Positions 23,724-35,081 of a stretch of DNA of 64,000 nt are shown here, piece after piece (positions within the stretch are counted from its first letter, which is position 1; every line of letters starts with the position of its first letter). Source of the DNA: Rebecca billardiae RCC1528. Its lineage: Eukaryota > Protista > Haptophyta. The notes beneath the pieces were generated by a model that had not been told where the DNA came from, did not search any database, and was given only the letters and a program-made list of their open reading frames with translations. A program made the position numbers and the translations under genes. The DNA lies in assembly GCA_965240325.2 (NCBI GenBank), contig OZ251230.1:2170001-2234000 (forward strand). The letters are read 5' to 3'.

Positions 23724-25028
23724 ATGAACTCACTGGGCGAGTGCCGAGTGGGTGGAACGCCTTCGATGTCCGATATGATGGCCGCCTTCTGCGTATTACG
23801 CCGGCTCGATGCGCGCGCGGGAGCGCGCGCCTCGCTCCAGCTCTTGATCTTGACCATCGCCCTCCCGCCCAGGGCATGCACTCCTGTGGAGCCGCAGCGC
23901 CCTTATTGCCCCGGTGTGTACCAGCTGCTGCTTCCTGGCTCGGCCGCACCAGCTCTCATCATGCCTCGGTCCCTCCCACCGCCCACCAAGATGGGCGACG
24001 TGGTCTTCCCCCACTCGGGCTCGGTGAAGCCACACGCCTTGTTCCGACGAGGGCGGGCCGCGCTCAAGGCCTTCCACCGCAGCGTGCTCCCCGAGCTCCG
24101 GCTGATCAGCGCGCGCGAGCTGGGCAGCACTGCGTGTGTCGTCGTCGACGTGGGCGCCGCGCAGTACGGGGTACTCGGAGGGTACGACGACAGCGACAGC
24201 CTTGAGTTCCTCGAGCTCTTTGGCGGCGAGTGCGCTGTGCACGCCTTCGACCTGGCCGAGGACCAGCTGCGCAAGCTCGAGCAGCTTGCGCTGCGTGCGT
24301 CCCCTGCTCGCGCGGCCGCGCTGCACACGCACCACCTGGGTCTTTCGAACGAGAGCGGCGTGCGGGCGGTCGTTGGCGAAGAGGGTCGTCAGAACATGTG
24401 GGCCCTCGCGCGCCCGGGCGCGCCCACGACGCGTGCTGCGCCGACCGGCAGCGGCGAGCGCGGCGCGCCGCACGCGGCCGTGCGCACCACAACATACGAC
24501 AGCTGGGCTCGCGCCGCAGGCATCGGCTTTGTGCTGTACGTCAAGGCGGACATCCAGGGGCTGGAGGCGGAGCTGCTCGCGGGCATGCTCGGCGCGCTGC
24601 GTGGCCGGCGGGTGGCGGCGTGCAGCTTCGAGTACTCGTACCACTGGCCTGCGCACGCCTCTCTTGACAGCCTGCAGCGGACGGTGGCGGCGCTGGGCTA
24701 CGCAGTGTACATACTGGGCGCGCACGTGCCGAGCACAGGCGCGCGCGGAGAGGTGCGCTCGTCGCGTGGCCCCCCGAGCACGAGCATGTGCGGCGCGCAC
24801 CCGTGCGTGGGCGCGCACACGTCCGACGCGTTCGCCTACCCTGTGAGCGGCCCGTACTGGACGGAGGCTGCGGAGCTGTGCGCCGCGCGCAAGCGGCACT
24901 GTATCGTAGACATTCTCGTGGTCCAGAGCCCCAGTGCGTACGAGGACGCCATCCTGCAAAGCCTCAACGGCTGGCGCAGGGGCCGCGTCAGCCCGTCGTC
25001 GCTGGGGTCAGTCGACTGCAAGCCATAG
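23724..25028 (+). CDS. FkbM-family SAM-dependent methyltransferase (start uncertain)
   Basis: VVDVGA motif I, VHAFD, GLSN, TTYD, VKADIQGLEAELLAG, FEYS. Confidence 0.8.
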   Translation: MNSLGECRVGGTPSMSDMMAAFCVLRRLDARAGARASLQLLILTIALPPRACTPVEPQRPYCPGVYQLLLPGSAAPALIMPRSLPPPTKMGDVVFPHSGSVKPHALFRRGRAALKAFHRSVLPELRLISARELGSTACVVVDVGAAQYGVLGGYDDSDSLEFLELFGGECAVHAFDLAEDQLRKLEQLALRASPARAAALHTHHLGLSNESGVRAVVGEEGRQNMWALARPGAPTTRAAPTGSGERGAPHAAVRTTTYDSWARAAGIGFVLYVKADIQGLEAELLAGMLGALRGRRVAACSFEYSYHWPAHASLDSLQRTVAALGYAVYILGAHVPSTGARGEVRSSRGPPSTSMCGAHPCVGAHTSDAFAYPVSGPYWTEAAELCAARKRHCIVDILVVQSPSAYEDAILQSLNGWRRGRVSPSSLGSVDCKP

Positions 25029-25731
25029 CATAAGCAGTGTACAGTATATATCGTTGGAGTCATCAGCAAGTTCATCAGAACTATTCATCAGCGCAGCAGC
25101 TGATAATAAATATCATATATCATCATCAATATGTGGCGTTATAGGGAACCTATAACTGAGCGAGTGTCTATGAGCGACGCCAAGAATCCGGCTCGCACGG
25201 CATTCCTGCGTTGTCCTGTGCGCACCGCCGCGCGCAGGAGTCCTGTTGCGCTGCCAATCTGGCCCACAGCCCCACAGCGGCGCACCTGCAGGACTCGGTT
25301 GGTTACCGCTCACATCGGATCGATCAGGCTTCGCTCTCGGGGGCGCCATGGGGCTGCTCACGACGAAGGCGCCGAGCTGGGCAAGGGAATCGCCTGCATC
25401 GAGCACTGCCGGGTGCACTCTCCGCTGCAGGAGGTGCACCGCAGTCGCGCAGCCCCTCTGCTCGGTAAGGTCGCTGGCTGTCTGTGTGGCCCGGCTCCCC
25501 GCCTGATCGTTCGGCGGCGCGACGACATCATCTACTGTCTTCGCCGCGTCGCCCCTCATGCAATATGGTCTCCTGCTCTCGCCGCTGTCGCGTCAACCCG
25601 CACGCTTCATCGTTTGCCCGCCCGCCCACCCTCGGCCTCTGGCGGATATGGAAGCACTGCAGTGTCAGCGAGCCATCAGCCTTAATCGACCTTGCTCAGT
25701 GACTGACGACTCGCGGGCGCCCTCTCGACCT

Positions 25732-25854
25732 CGGGCAGCAGCTCAACCGCCACGCCGCTGCCAGCGCCCGCTGTCGTTCGTTGCTCAAATCCCGGGCAGC
25801 AGCTCAACCGCCACGCCGCTGCCAGCGCCCGCTGTCGTTCGTTGCTCAAATCCC
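25732..25854 (+). repeat. Two-copy 61-bp tandem duplication
   Basis: CGGGCAGCAGCTCAACCGCC...GTTGCTCAAATCC repeated at 25732 and 25793. Confidence 0.9.
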
Positions 25855-25990
25855 AACATAGCTAACCTGATCGTTCCATGATTGATCATTGTGGTCTGTC
25901 TACTCCACGACGCCGCGCGCCGCGACCATCCAGCTCCAGAGTCCATTCGTACCCGACGCCTTGTACGAGCCGGGCATGGCGGAGTGGCTA

Positions 25991-25993
<3 letters not shown>

Positions 25994-26058
<65 letters not shown>

Positions 26059-26083
26059 TATAAATATAAATATAAATATAAAT
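25994..26083. repeat. (TA)n microsatellite grading into (TAAATA)n
   Basis: Directly visible. Confidence 0.95.
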
Positions 26084-26381
26084 GTCGATGAATCAGCAGT
26101 TCTACCGGAAACGGCGGTGACGACTAGGTCACTAAGACCGTGGGCCGTGCTCGGCCAGCGTCATCACTACAGCAGTCATCATGTACATGTGACGACTACG
26201 ATGATGGGCCGCATCAATCGGGGTAGGTCGTAGTCATGCAGTATCGTCAGCAGAGTCGGAGTAGCTTAGCTAGTAGTCGGAGTCGGACTGCCGCCGCCGG
26301 ACGCCGCTGCGCTGCGGGCCTGCGGCCGGCGCCGCTGCGCGACGGGCAGCGGACCGCGGCCACGCCGCCCTTCATCTGGCC

Positions 26382-26651
26382 GGCAGCGGCGCAAACGAGC
26401 CGGCGGTGCGGCCCAGTCCCTAGGGCTAGCTAACTAGATCGGCGGCAGCGAGCTGCGCGTCGGCGTGACGGTGGCGGCTGCTTGCACGGCGGGCGCTCCG
26501 CCGGCCGCCAGCCCAACCGCAGCGTGCGCAACTGCCAGACACTCGCCGCGACTCGCGGGCTCGGCGCGCCCGCTTTGGCGTGAGCAGCCTCGGCGCGCCG
26601 CGCACGCCGTCGGGCAGAGGCCGCGCGCCGAGCGAGAGCGAGAGCGAGGTG
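26382..26651 (-). pseudogene. Diverged duplicate of the 3' end/3' flank of the LRR gene (28772-28989)
   Basis: Shared GTGCGGCCCAGTCCCTAG..CTAGATCGGCGGCAGCGAGCTGCGCGTCGGCGTGACGG...GAGCGAGAGCGAGAGCGAGGTG with indels. Confidence 0.85.
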
Positions 26652-26738
26652 TAGGACTGTAGTATATCAGCAGCTCGTCATTGTACTAATTAGCCGGCCC
26701 AGATGCTGCAGTGCTGCTCATCATCGATCGTCGTCGAG

Positions 26739-28287
26739 TCACTGGCTGCCGGCCCGCGCGTGCAGCCCACACCATTTGCGGTGCGTACGCCAGTCGCGCC
26801 GCTGGCACTCCTCACTGCGATGAATCCACAGGAGCGCGGGCACGCGCCGCGACGCGCGTACATCAGACAGGCGGGGCACGCAAGGGACGTGTCAGCACCA
26901 AGGCCGTACAGTGGCATAGCGCGCGCATGGCGCTCGGGCGCCGCGCCGCGCCGCACCTGCAGTACACCACCGCCTTGCAACGCCCGCACCGACGGCCGCC
27001 ACAGCCGCCGCACGCGGCGCACGCGCGCGTGTCTCGATGCAGCGGCGCATGCCCGCGCTCGACAGCATGCGGCAGCACGTGCTCCACCCACAGCTGCTGC
27101 ATAGCGCCCGAGTGCACGCCGCCAAACCTGCCGTCTGCAGCCAGCTCATACCCCAGCGGCAGCAGCTCCACAGCGCGCGCGCGCGCGGGTGCTGGGAAGA
27201 GGTGGTGGGTCTTGGGGCTCCACGGGCTGGCCGCCGCGACCACGGCCGCCGCGGCACCGTGGTGCGGATCGGTTGCGAGCGCGGCGTAGGCCAGCGCGAG
27301 GGGTGACGACTTGCCATCGGCGCTGAGGGCGTCGGTGTCGGTGAGCGCGCGCAGCTGTGCCACCGCCTCCGCCTCGCTCAGCAGCTCGACGTGGTGCAGG
27401 GCAGTGGGCCAGCGCGACGCGCGCTCGAGCCAGGCCGAGAGCTCGCTCTCGTCACCAAAAAAGCGCATTGCACCGCTCGCGCCAGCTCGCTCACCGAGAT
27501 CGAGCATGCGTATCCCGCGCAGCGCTTGGGCCTTGCACAGCAGCTGCACCACCTGCAGCCGCTCAGCGGGCGTGTGGTCGGTGCGCTTCGCTGGCTGTTC
27601 GCAAACAGCCCGTGCCAGCAGGGTGCCAGGCATGCCAGGCATGCCTAGAATCACTGCCGAAGGCTCACAGGCGTCAACATCCGCATGCGCGTCGAGCAGC
27701 AGCCGCACGCACGGCGCGCGCAGCTCTCGCACCGCCGCGGAGATCGGCTGCGGCATGTCGTGATCTCCGTCGATGCAGTTGATGTTTGCGCGCGCGGCGA
27801 TGAGCAGCTGCACGCACTCGGCGTGGCCTTGGGAGCAGGAGACAGAAATTGCACTTCGGGTGTTCTCGAAGCTATGCTGGTCGACGCTCGCGCCTGCGTC
27901 GAGCAGGACGCGCAGGCACTCCGCATGGCCCCAACAGGACGCGATGTGGAGGGCCGCCAGCCCGGTTCTTGTGGTGGTGGCATCCGGGTCGGCGTTCGCC
28001 TCGAGGAGGAGCTGCGCGCACACCGCATGACCGGCTGCACATGCGTGATGCAGCGCGTTGAATCGAGGCTGGTGAATCTTATCCTTGATGTGAACGTCAG
28101 CGCCTGCCTCGAGGAGCAGCCGCGCGCACTCGGCCTGTCCATTGGCGCATGCGCGCGTGAGCGCGGTCCACCCGCGTGCGTCGTGGCCGTCGAGATCGCC
28201 GCCCAGTGCCAGAAGTGACTCGAGCTGGTGCACATCGCCACGCAGGCACGCGTCCGCCATGTCTTCCGTCAGCTCCTCGCGAGTCAT
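26739..28287 (-). CDS. Ankyrin-repeat protein with C-terminal MYND zinc finger; exons 28287-26957, 26814-26739
   Basis: Ankyrin repeats (GWTALTRACANGQAECARLLLEAGAD etc.); splicing of GT-AG intron 26956-26815 completes CAAC....RCGRCKAVVYCSEECQRRDWRTHRKWC. Confidence 0.9.
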
Positions 28288-28811
28288 CGCCTCGAGGCAG
28301 AGCCGCCGCTGCGTACACGGCGCGCGTCGCGGGGTCTACAGGTCGTGGTGCGAGGCGCCACGCTTTTGGCGGGAAGACGGCGCGGCCTCTTTGGCTCTTT
28401 CGCGCCCTCGACTCCCAGACTGACCAAGCAGGCAGTTCTTCATATTGTCTCCTCGGTCTGGTGAGCTTACTATACATGCATAGTTTACGAGGTTACTATT
28501 TGTTTTAACGTGTGTGAGGCTCATGCACGGTGGCAGGTTGCCGCGCCATCCTTCATCGCATGCTCTCCGAAGAGAGACCTGGAAACTGGTTTGCAGTAGC
28601 AAGGGCGGAGCAGTAGCTAGTAGTATCGCGCGCATCTATGCAAGTATCGTCTAACCAGAGTCCCGCGCGGCGCGGGCGAGCGTCGCGACCGGATTGGCGC
28701 GCGCCGGCTGCGGGCTGATGCCAGTGCGCGACGTAAATATATGACCCCGGCTGCGCGCCGCTTCGTCTCGGGCAGCGGCGCAGACGAGCGTGCGGCCCAG
28801 TCCCTAGCTAG

Positions 28812-31775
28812 CTAGATCGGCGGCAGCGAGCTGCGCGTCGGCGTGACGGCGGCGGCTGCTGGCACGGCGGGCGGCGCTCCGGCCGCGAGCCCAGCCGCCG
28901 CGTGCGCACCCTTTGGCGCGAGCAGCCCCGGCGCGCCGCGCACGCCGTCGGGCAGCAGCCGCGCGCCGAGCGAGAGCGAGAGCGAGGTGACCATCGTCGA
29001 GCCCATGCTCACGCTCACCGACGTGCTCAGCGTCGAGGTCTGCGTGGGCGAGGGGAGGCGCGGCAGCGGCGCCGCGCCGAGGCCCGGCGATGCCTCGAGC
29101 GCGGTGTGCGGCCGCGCGGGCGGCGCGCGCGGCTGCTGCGCCGCCGCCGGCTGCCCCGCGCCCTCCGCGCCACCGCCGCCGCCCGGCTCGGCGCCCGCAC
29201 CCGCGCCCTCGCCCAGCTCGCGCGCCAGCGCCTCGCACGCCACCTCCGGGCCGCGCACCTCCGCGCGCACGCGCCGCAGGCCCGCCTCGTTCTCCGCGCG
29301 GCGCGCGGCGTGCGCGCGCGCCGCGGCCTCGAGATCGTCGGCGCGCGTTCGCAGCGCCTCGCTCTCCCGCGCGGCGGCGGTGTGGTCGACCTCGGAGAGG
29401 ATCCACTCGAGCAGCGGCCGCGCCGCCTTGGACGCGCGGCCCGCGCGCTCCAGCATCGCGCGCTCGCCGACCGCGCCGTCCAGGTTGGACGACAGCAGCG
29501 AGACGAGCGCCGGATCGAGGCCTCCGGACGGGTGGCTCTCGACCCGGCCGAGCGTCTCCGCGCGCAGCACGTACGCGCGCGTCTCGCGCCAGGGAGGCAC
29601 GAGCGCGCTCCAGGCCGCGTGCGCGGCCGCGTGCGCCGCGTCCGTCGCGCCGGCGCTCGCCGCCGCGCCCGCCGACGCGGCCGCGCCGCCGCGCGGCGGC
29701 GTGGTCAGCTGGCCCGAGCGCGCGCGCCTCACGGCCGCGGGCGCGCCGCGCGGCCCGCCGCCGCCCCCGGGCAGCGCGGCGGCCGACTGGCCGCGCGCGA
29801 GCGGCGGCGCGTGCGCAAAGCCGCTGCCACCGCCACCGACGGCGTCGGCGGCGCTCTTGCGCCGCGCGCCGCCGCCGCCGCCGCCGCCGCCGCCTCTACT
29901 GCCCACAGCAGTGGACGGCGGGCGTCGCGTCGCGGGCGGCGGCAGCGGCGGCGGCGGGTGGGCCGGGCTCGGTGCGCCGCCTTTGCCGCCCGGCGGCTGG
30001 GTGCCCTGCGCCGCGCCGCTCTCCTCGCGGCTGGGCTCGGCGCTCGCCGCCAAGCCGTCACCACCCGCTGCGGCCGCGGCCGCCTCCGCCTCCGCCTCCG
30101 CCGCGGCCGCCTCCGCCGCGGCCGCCGCGGCCGCCGCGGCCGCGCGCTGCTTCGCATCCGTGGCGGCAAACGCGGCGAGCGCTGCGGCGGCGCCCGGCCG
30201 CGCGGAGACGCCGTCGAGGACGAGGGCGAGCGCCTCGAGCGTGCGGCGCACCACGGCGGGCGGGCGGTCGAGCGCGCGCAGCTCGTCGAGCGCCGCGCGG
30301 GGCACGCGCACCGCCGCCGCGCGCGCGCTCTCCGCCCGAGCCTGCGCGGCCGCGAGCGCGCCCTGCGCCTCGCGCAGCCGCGCGTGCGCGCCGTCCGCGG
30401 CCGCCTCCTCGGCGCGCAGCGCGTCGGCGGCTCGGAGCAGCTCGCGCTCGAGGGCGCGCTGCCCGCCGAGCGAGCGCTCGCGCGCGCCGAGCGCCGCGCG
30501 CAGCGCGACCAGGTCGGACGCGAGGCTGCGCGCCGCCGCGGCGCGCGCCGCCTCGTCTGCGCGCCTCGCGTCTCGCTCGCGCCTCCGCTCGCCCACCGCG
30601 GCCGCGCGCCGGAGCATGGCGGCGGCCTCGGCGGCGGTGCGGTCGGCGAGGGCGGAGCGGGCGGAGGCCTCGCTCGCGGCGAGCTCCGCCGCGAGCGCCG
30701 CCGCGCGCCGCCGCTCCGCCTCGTCGCGCGCGCGCCGCTCCGCCTCGCGCGCGCTCCGCGCCGCGTCCGCCGCCGCCTCGCGCCGCGCCGCCTCCTCGTC
30801 GGCCGCCTGCGCTCGCAGCCACGACAGGACGGCGGCCGTGCCGCGCGCGACGACGGCGGGCGGCGGGCGCTGCAGCGGGTTCGAGCCGAGCGGCATCTCG
30901 CGCAGCGCGGGCGCGTGCCCGAGCGCCAGCGGCAGCGCGCGCAGGCAGTTGGCCTCGAGCGACAGCGTGGCGAGCGCGGGCGCGTCGCGGCGCGCGTCCC
31001 ATGTTGGCCCGATCGGCAGCGCAGGGAGCCGGTTGTGGCCGAGTCTGAGCGTGCGCAGCGCGGGGCAGGCGAGCAGCGTGTGCGGCAGGCTGACCAGGTC
31101 GTTGCGCGAGAGGTCGCACCACTCGAGCGCCGCCCACGCGCCCTCGCCGCCCTCCGCCCGCCCCGCCTCCGAGCCCGGCGGCAGCGTCGCGTGCGCCATG
31201 CGGTTTCGGCTCAGGTCGAGCTGCGTGAGCGCCCGCAGCGCGAGCAGCGCGGGCGGGAGGTAGGTGAGGCGGTTGGCGGCGAGGCAGAGGTGGCGCAGCG
31301 CGGGCAGGCCGAGCCGGACCTCCTCCGCGCTCGGGAAGTTGGGCGCGAGGATCATGTTCCCGCCCAGGTCGAGCAGCTCGAGCGACGGGATGAGCGTGAG
31401 CTCGTGCGGGAACGACTCGAGGCTGTTGCGCGAGAGGTCGAGCGAGGTGAGCGCGCCGAGCATGCGGATCGAGATGGAGCGGTCGCCCAGGTCGGAGAGC
31501 CGGTTCCGCGACAGGTCCACGTCGCGCAGCTGCAGCAGCTCCTCCGGGTCCAGCCGGCCGAGCTGCAGCTCGTGCACGCCCGCGATGTTGCGCTCCGACA
31601 CGTCCAGCACGCCCGAGGGCGCGAAGGTGACGACGTGGCGCTCGACGGCGGTGAGCGGCGTGGTCTGCAGCGGGATGAGGAGGCCCGGGCGCACGCGCGG
31701 GGAGCCCAGCTCGGCGAGGACGCCCCCGTCCTCGCCCGCCTCCGCGGCGGCAGGCGCCAGGGGCCCGCCGTCCAT
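28812..31775 (-). CDS. Leucine-rich-repeat protein with coiled coil and dynein-stalk/MTBD-like domain
   Basis: LxxLDLSRNxL repeats ending in NPLQRPPPAVVARG...VLSWLR cap; Ala/Glu/Arg coiled coil; LDELRALDRPPAVVRRTLEAL and RASKAARPLLEWI; upstream part of the 1813-aa ORF is antisense to the TUTase. Confidence 0.8.
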   Translation of the reverse strand: MDGGPLAPAAAEAGEDGGVLAELGSPRVRPGLLIPLQTTPLTAVERHVVTFAPSGVLDVSERNIAGVHELQLGRLDPEELLQLRDVDLSRNRLSDLGDRSISIRMLGALTSLDLSRNSLESFPHELTLIPSLELLDLGGNMILAPNFPSAEEVRLGLPALRHLCLAANRLTYLPPALLALRALTQLDLSRNRMAHATLPPGSEAGRAEGGEGAWAALEWCDLSRNDLVSLPHTLLACPALRTLRLGHNRLPALPIGPTWDARRDAPALATLSLEANCLRALPLALGHAPALREMPLGSNPLQRPPPAVVARGTAAVLSWLRAQAADEEAARREAAADAARSAREAERRARDEAERRRAAALAAELAASEASARSALADRTAAEAAAMLRRAAAVGERRRERDARRADEAARAAAARSLASDLVALRAALGARERSLGGQRALERELLRAADALRAEEAAADGAHARLREAQGALAAAQARAESARAAAVRVPRAALDELRALDRPPAVVRRTLEALALVLDGVSARPGAAAALAAFAATDAKQRAAAAAAAAAAEAAAAEAEAEAAAAAAGGDGLAASAEPSREESGAAQGTQPPGGKGGAPSPAHPPPPLPPPATRRPPSTAVGSRGGGGGGGGGARRKSAADAVGGGGSGFAHAPPLARGQSAAALPGGGGGPRGAPAAVRRARSGQLTTPPRGGAAASAGAAASAGATDAAHAAAHAAWSALVPPWRETRAYVLRAETLGRVESHPSGGLDPALVSLLSSNLDGAVGERAMLERAGRASKAARPLLEWILSEVDHTAAARESEALRTRADDLEAAARAHAARRAENEAGLRRVRAEVRGPEVACEALARELGEGAGAGAEPGGGGGAEGAGQPAAAQQPRAPPARPHTALEASPGLGAAPLPRLPSPTQTSTLSTSVSVSMGSTMVTSLSLSLGARLLPDGVRGAPGLLAPKGAHAAAGLAAGAPPAVPAAAAVTPTRSSLPPI

Positions 31776-32034
31776 CGCGCCTCCGCGCCCAGCGCTGTGC
31801 GCGGTGCCACGCTGCCCAGTGGCGGCGCGCACAACCGAAGAATGGAGCCTTCGCGATGACCGGACTGGGAAGCGAGCGAAGCGAGCCGCACGCCCGCCCG
31901 CCCGCACCGGACCGGGTTTATCGGTTCGCAACCCGCCATCTTGGATTGCGCGCCCACCACGTACGTGCGTGACGGCTGAGCGCGCTCTGGGCACATCCCC
32001 GGGCCCTCCGCGCGGTGCGCTGCTGGTGGCAGCC

Positions 32035-32716
32035 ATGGGCGAGAGCCGACTCCAGGTGGAGAACTTCCTCAAGTCCGCGCTCGGCGTGGGCGCCGCGCCG
32101 GGCGGCGGTGGCGGCGGCGGCGCGGCGCGCGCCGAGCCGCCGCCGCCGCCCGCCGCGTTCGGCGCGCCGCCCGGCCTGCCGGTGGGGCCGGGCGCGATGG
32201 GCGCGGGCCCGGGCGGGCTGGCGCGCGACCCGTGGGCCGCCGACTGGCCTGGCGCGCCGCCGGCCGGCCTGCACGTGGGGCCACGCCCGCACCACGCGGG
32301 CGCGGCTGCGGCCGCGCCGCGCGCGCCGCCGCAGCCGCCGCAGCCGCCGCCGCAGCCGCAGCCGCCGCCGCCGCAGCAGCAGCTGCTGCTGCAGCAGCAG
32401 CTGCAGCAGCTGCAGCAGGCGCAGCAGGCTCTGGAGCAGCGGCGGCAGCAGCTCGTCGCGGCGCTGCAGCACCAGCAGCACGCCCCGCCGCCGCAGCACC
32501 CTGCCGAGGCGGCCGAGCGCGACGCCGCCCGCTCGGCACTGCTAGCGGAGCTCGAGCGCTTGGACGCGCAGCAGAGGGCGGTGGCGCAGCAGCTGCTCGG
32601 CGCGGGGGCAGGGCTGCGCGCGCAGCAGCAGCGGCAGCCGCCGCCGCCGGCGCAGCAGCACCAGCCGCCGCCCGGCCACGCCCCGTGGCCGCTCGGCGCC
32701 GCGCCGCCCCTGCCCG

Positions 32717-32754
<38 letters not shown>

Positions 32755-35081
32755 GCGCCGCGCCCGCCGCCGGGCCAGGCGGCGGCGCCGCCTCCGCGTG
32801 CGGAGGGCGCGGGCCGCGGCGCGGCGACCGCCGCCGCCGACCCGTACCTCGACGCCCTCTCCGCGGCGATCTCGTCGCTGCACGCCTCGCGCGCGCCGCC
32901 TCCGGACGACGCGCGCTGGCGGCGCGCCGTGCACGAGCATGTGTCCGCGATTGTCTCGGGGCTGTGGCCGGGGGCGGCGCTGCACGTGTTCGGCTCGTCG
33001 GCGTCGGGGCTGCACACGCGCGGCGCGGACCTGGACATGTGCCTCGTCCCGCCGCGCCCGCCGCACCTCAACGCGCAGCGCCGCATGATCGAGAAGCTCG
33101 CGGGCGCGCTGCAGCGCGCGCGCATGACCCAGATCCTGGCGTTGCCGTCCGCGCGCGTGCCCATCGTCAAGTTCGTCGACGCGGGCTCGGGGCTGCAGTG
33201 CGACGTGTGCATCAACAACCAGCTGGCGCTGCACAACACGCGGCTGCTCGCGGCGTACGCCGCGCTCGACCCGCGCGTCAAGCCGCTCGTCGCGGTCGTG
33301 AAGGCGTGGGCGGCCGCTCGCAAGGTGAATGAGCCGTACAAGGTGTGTGCACGCGCACGCACGCAATGGCACGCGCTCACACCACGGTCACACGCGCACA
33401 CGCACAGTGGCACACGCACAGTCACACGCGCACACGGTCGCACGGTCACACGCGCACGCGCGCACGCGCGCACGCGCGCCGCCGTGTCACGCTCGCGCAC
33501 CGACGGTGCTCGGCGCGCCGCCCCTGCGCGGCTTGGCTCCCGCGCCTCCCCTGCCTCCCGCGCGCACACGCACGCACGCACACGCACACACGACACACAC
33601 ACGCACACGCCCGGCACACCTTCGCGCAGGGCACGCTGTCCTCGTACGCGTACGTGCTGCTGTCCGTCTTCCACCTGCAGACGTGCGCCCCGCCCGTGCT
33701 GCCGTGCCTGCAGCGCGTCGGCCGGCGGCCGGGCGAGGCGCGCCTGGTGGACGACACGCATGACGTGTGGTTCTGCACGGACCCCTCCGCCCTCTCCGAC
33801 GCCTTTGAGACCGGGGCGAACACGGCGTCGGTGGGCGAGCTGCTGGTCGGCTTCTTCGAGCGGTGCGCCGCCGCGCGCCGCCGCCGCTCGGAGGGGCCGC
33901 GCGAGCAGCCCACCGCCCTGACTGACGCCCCGCCCATTCCCGCGCGTGCGCGCGCGCGCCCCGCCACCCGCCCGCCACCCGCCCGCAGCTACGCGCACTT
34001 TGACGCCGAGCGGCACGTTGTGAGCATCCGCGAGGGGCGCTGCCTCACGCGCGAGGAGAAGGGGTGGGAGGCGGACAGGCGCGCGGACAAGGACCGGAAG
34101 GGGCGCAAGGGAGACCGGCACCTGCTCTGCATCGAGGACCCGTTCGAGGTGCGCCACGCGGCACGCCCGAGCGAGCGCGGGGCCTGAGCCGCCCGCCCGG
34201 CCACCGCGCGCTGTGCCGCGCCGCGCGCGGGGGGAGGGCGAGAGGGCGCGCAACGGCGGCGCGCGGTGGCGGCGGTGGCGGGGCGTAGCCGCTCACGCGT
34301 GCGCCGGCGCGCACGGGCCGCCCTTCCCCCTGCGCACGCGCGCGCGGCGCGCACGCAGGTGAGCCACGACCTCGGCCGCGTGATGGACACGGAGTCGGTG
34401 ACTTGGGTGCAGGCCGAGTTTCGACGCGCGCACCGGCTCACGCGCGAGTGCGCCTCGCTCGATGAGCTGTGCGCGCCGTGGAGCGAGGAGGAGGAGGCGG
34501 CGGAGGCGGCCAAGCTGAAGGCCAGCAAGGGCGCGCAGGGCGCCGCGCCCAAGCAGCAGCCGCAGCCACAGCCGCAGCAGCCCAAGCAGCAGCAGCCGCA
34601 GCCGCCGCCGCCGCAGCAGCAGCAGCAGCGGCCGCAGCAGCCCAAGCAGCAGCAGCAGCAGCAGCAGCCGCCGCAGCCGGCGCAGGCGGAGGCGCGGCAG
34701 CCTCTGCCGCCCGGTGTTGCCCTGCCCACCGCGCACGCCGCGCACGCCGCGCACAATGGCAGCGTGGGCGCGCACCGCGCACCGCCGCTGGGCGAGGCCG
34801 CGCCGCCGCCCGGGCTGGCACCGCACGAGCTGCAAGGCGGCGCCGCGCGCAACGGCGCGGCGCACGGCGCCGACCCGTTGGGGTCGCTGCACATGCAGCT
34901 GGCGGCGGCGACGCTCGGCGAGGGCCGCGCGGACGGCGGCGCGCTGCACGGCGTGCCGCTGCTCGGCCACCGCCCCGCCCAGCCGCCGCCGCAGCACGGC
35001 GCCCACGGTGCGGACGAGGACGACGCGGACGGTCTGGACGTGGACGACTTTGCGGCGCAGCTGCCCTCCGGGCTGATCTGA
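32035..35081 (+). CDS. Terminal uridylyltransferase (Cid1/URT1/TUT-like); exons 32035-33342, 33630-33862, 33989-34148, 34359-35081
   Basis: FGSS.SG....ADLD, ARVPIVKF, CDVC.NN..ALHNTRLL..Y, VKAWA, GTLSSYAY, IEDPFE..HDLG; three GT-AG introns; Q/P-rich disordered termini. Confidence 0.92.

Noticed and set aside
31776-34253. N-terminal ~825 aa of the 1813-aa minus-strand ORF
   Set aside because: Antisense shadow of the TUTase gene in GC-rich DNA; LRR homology begins only after Met at 31775
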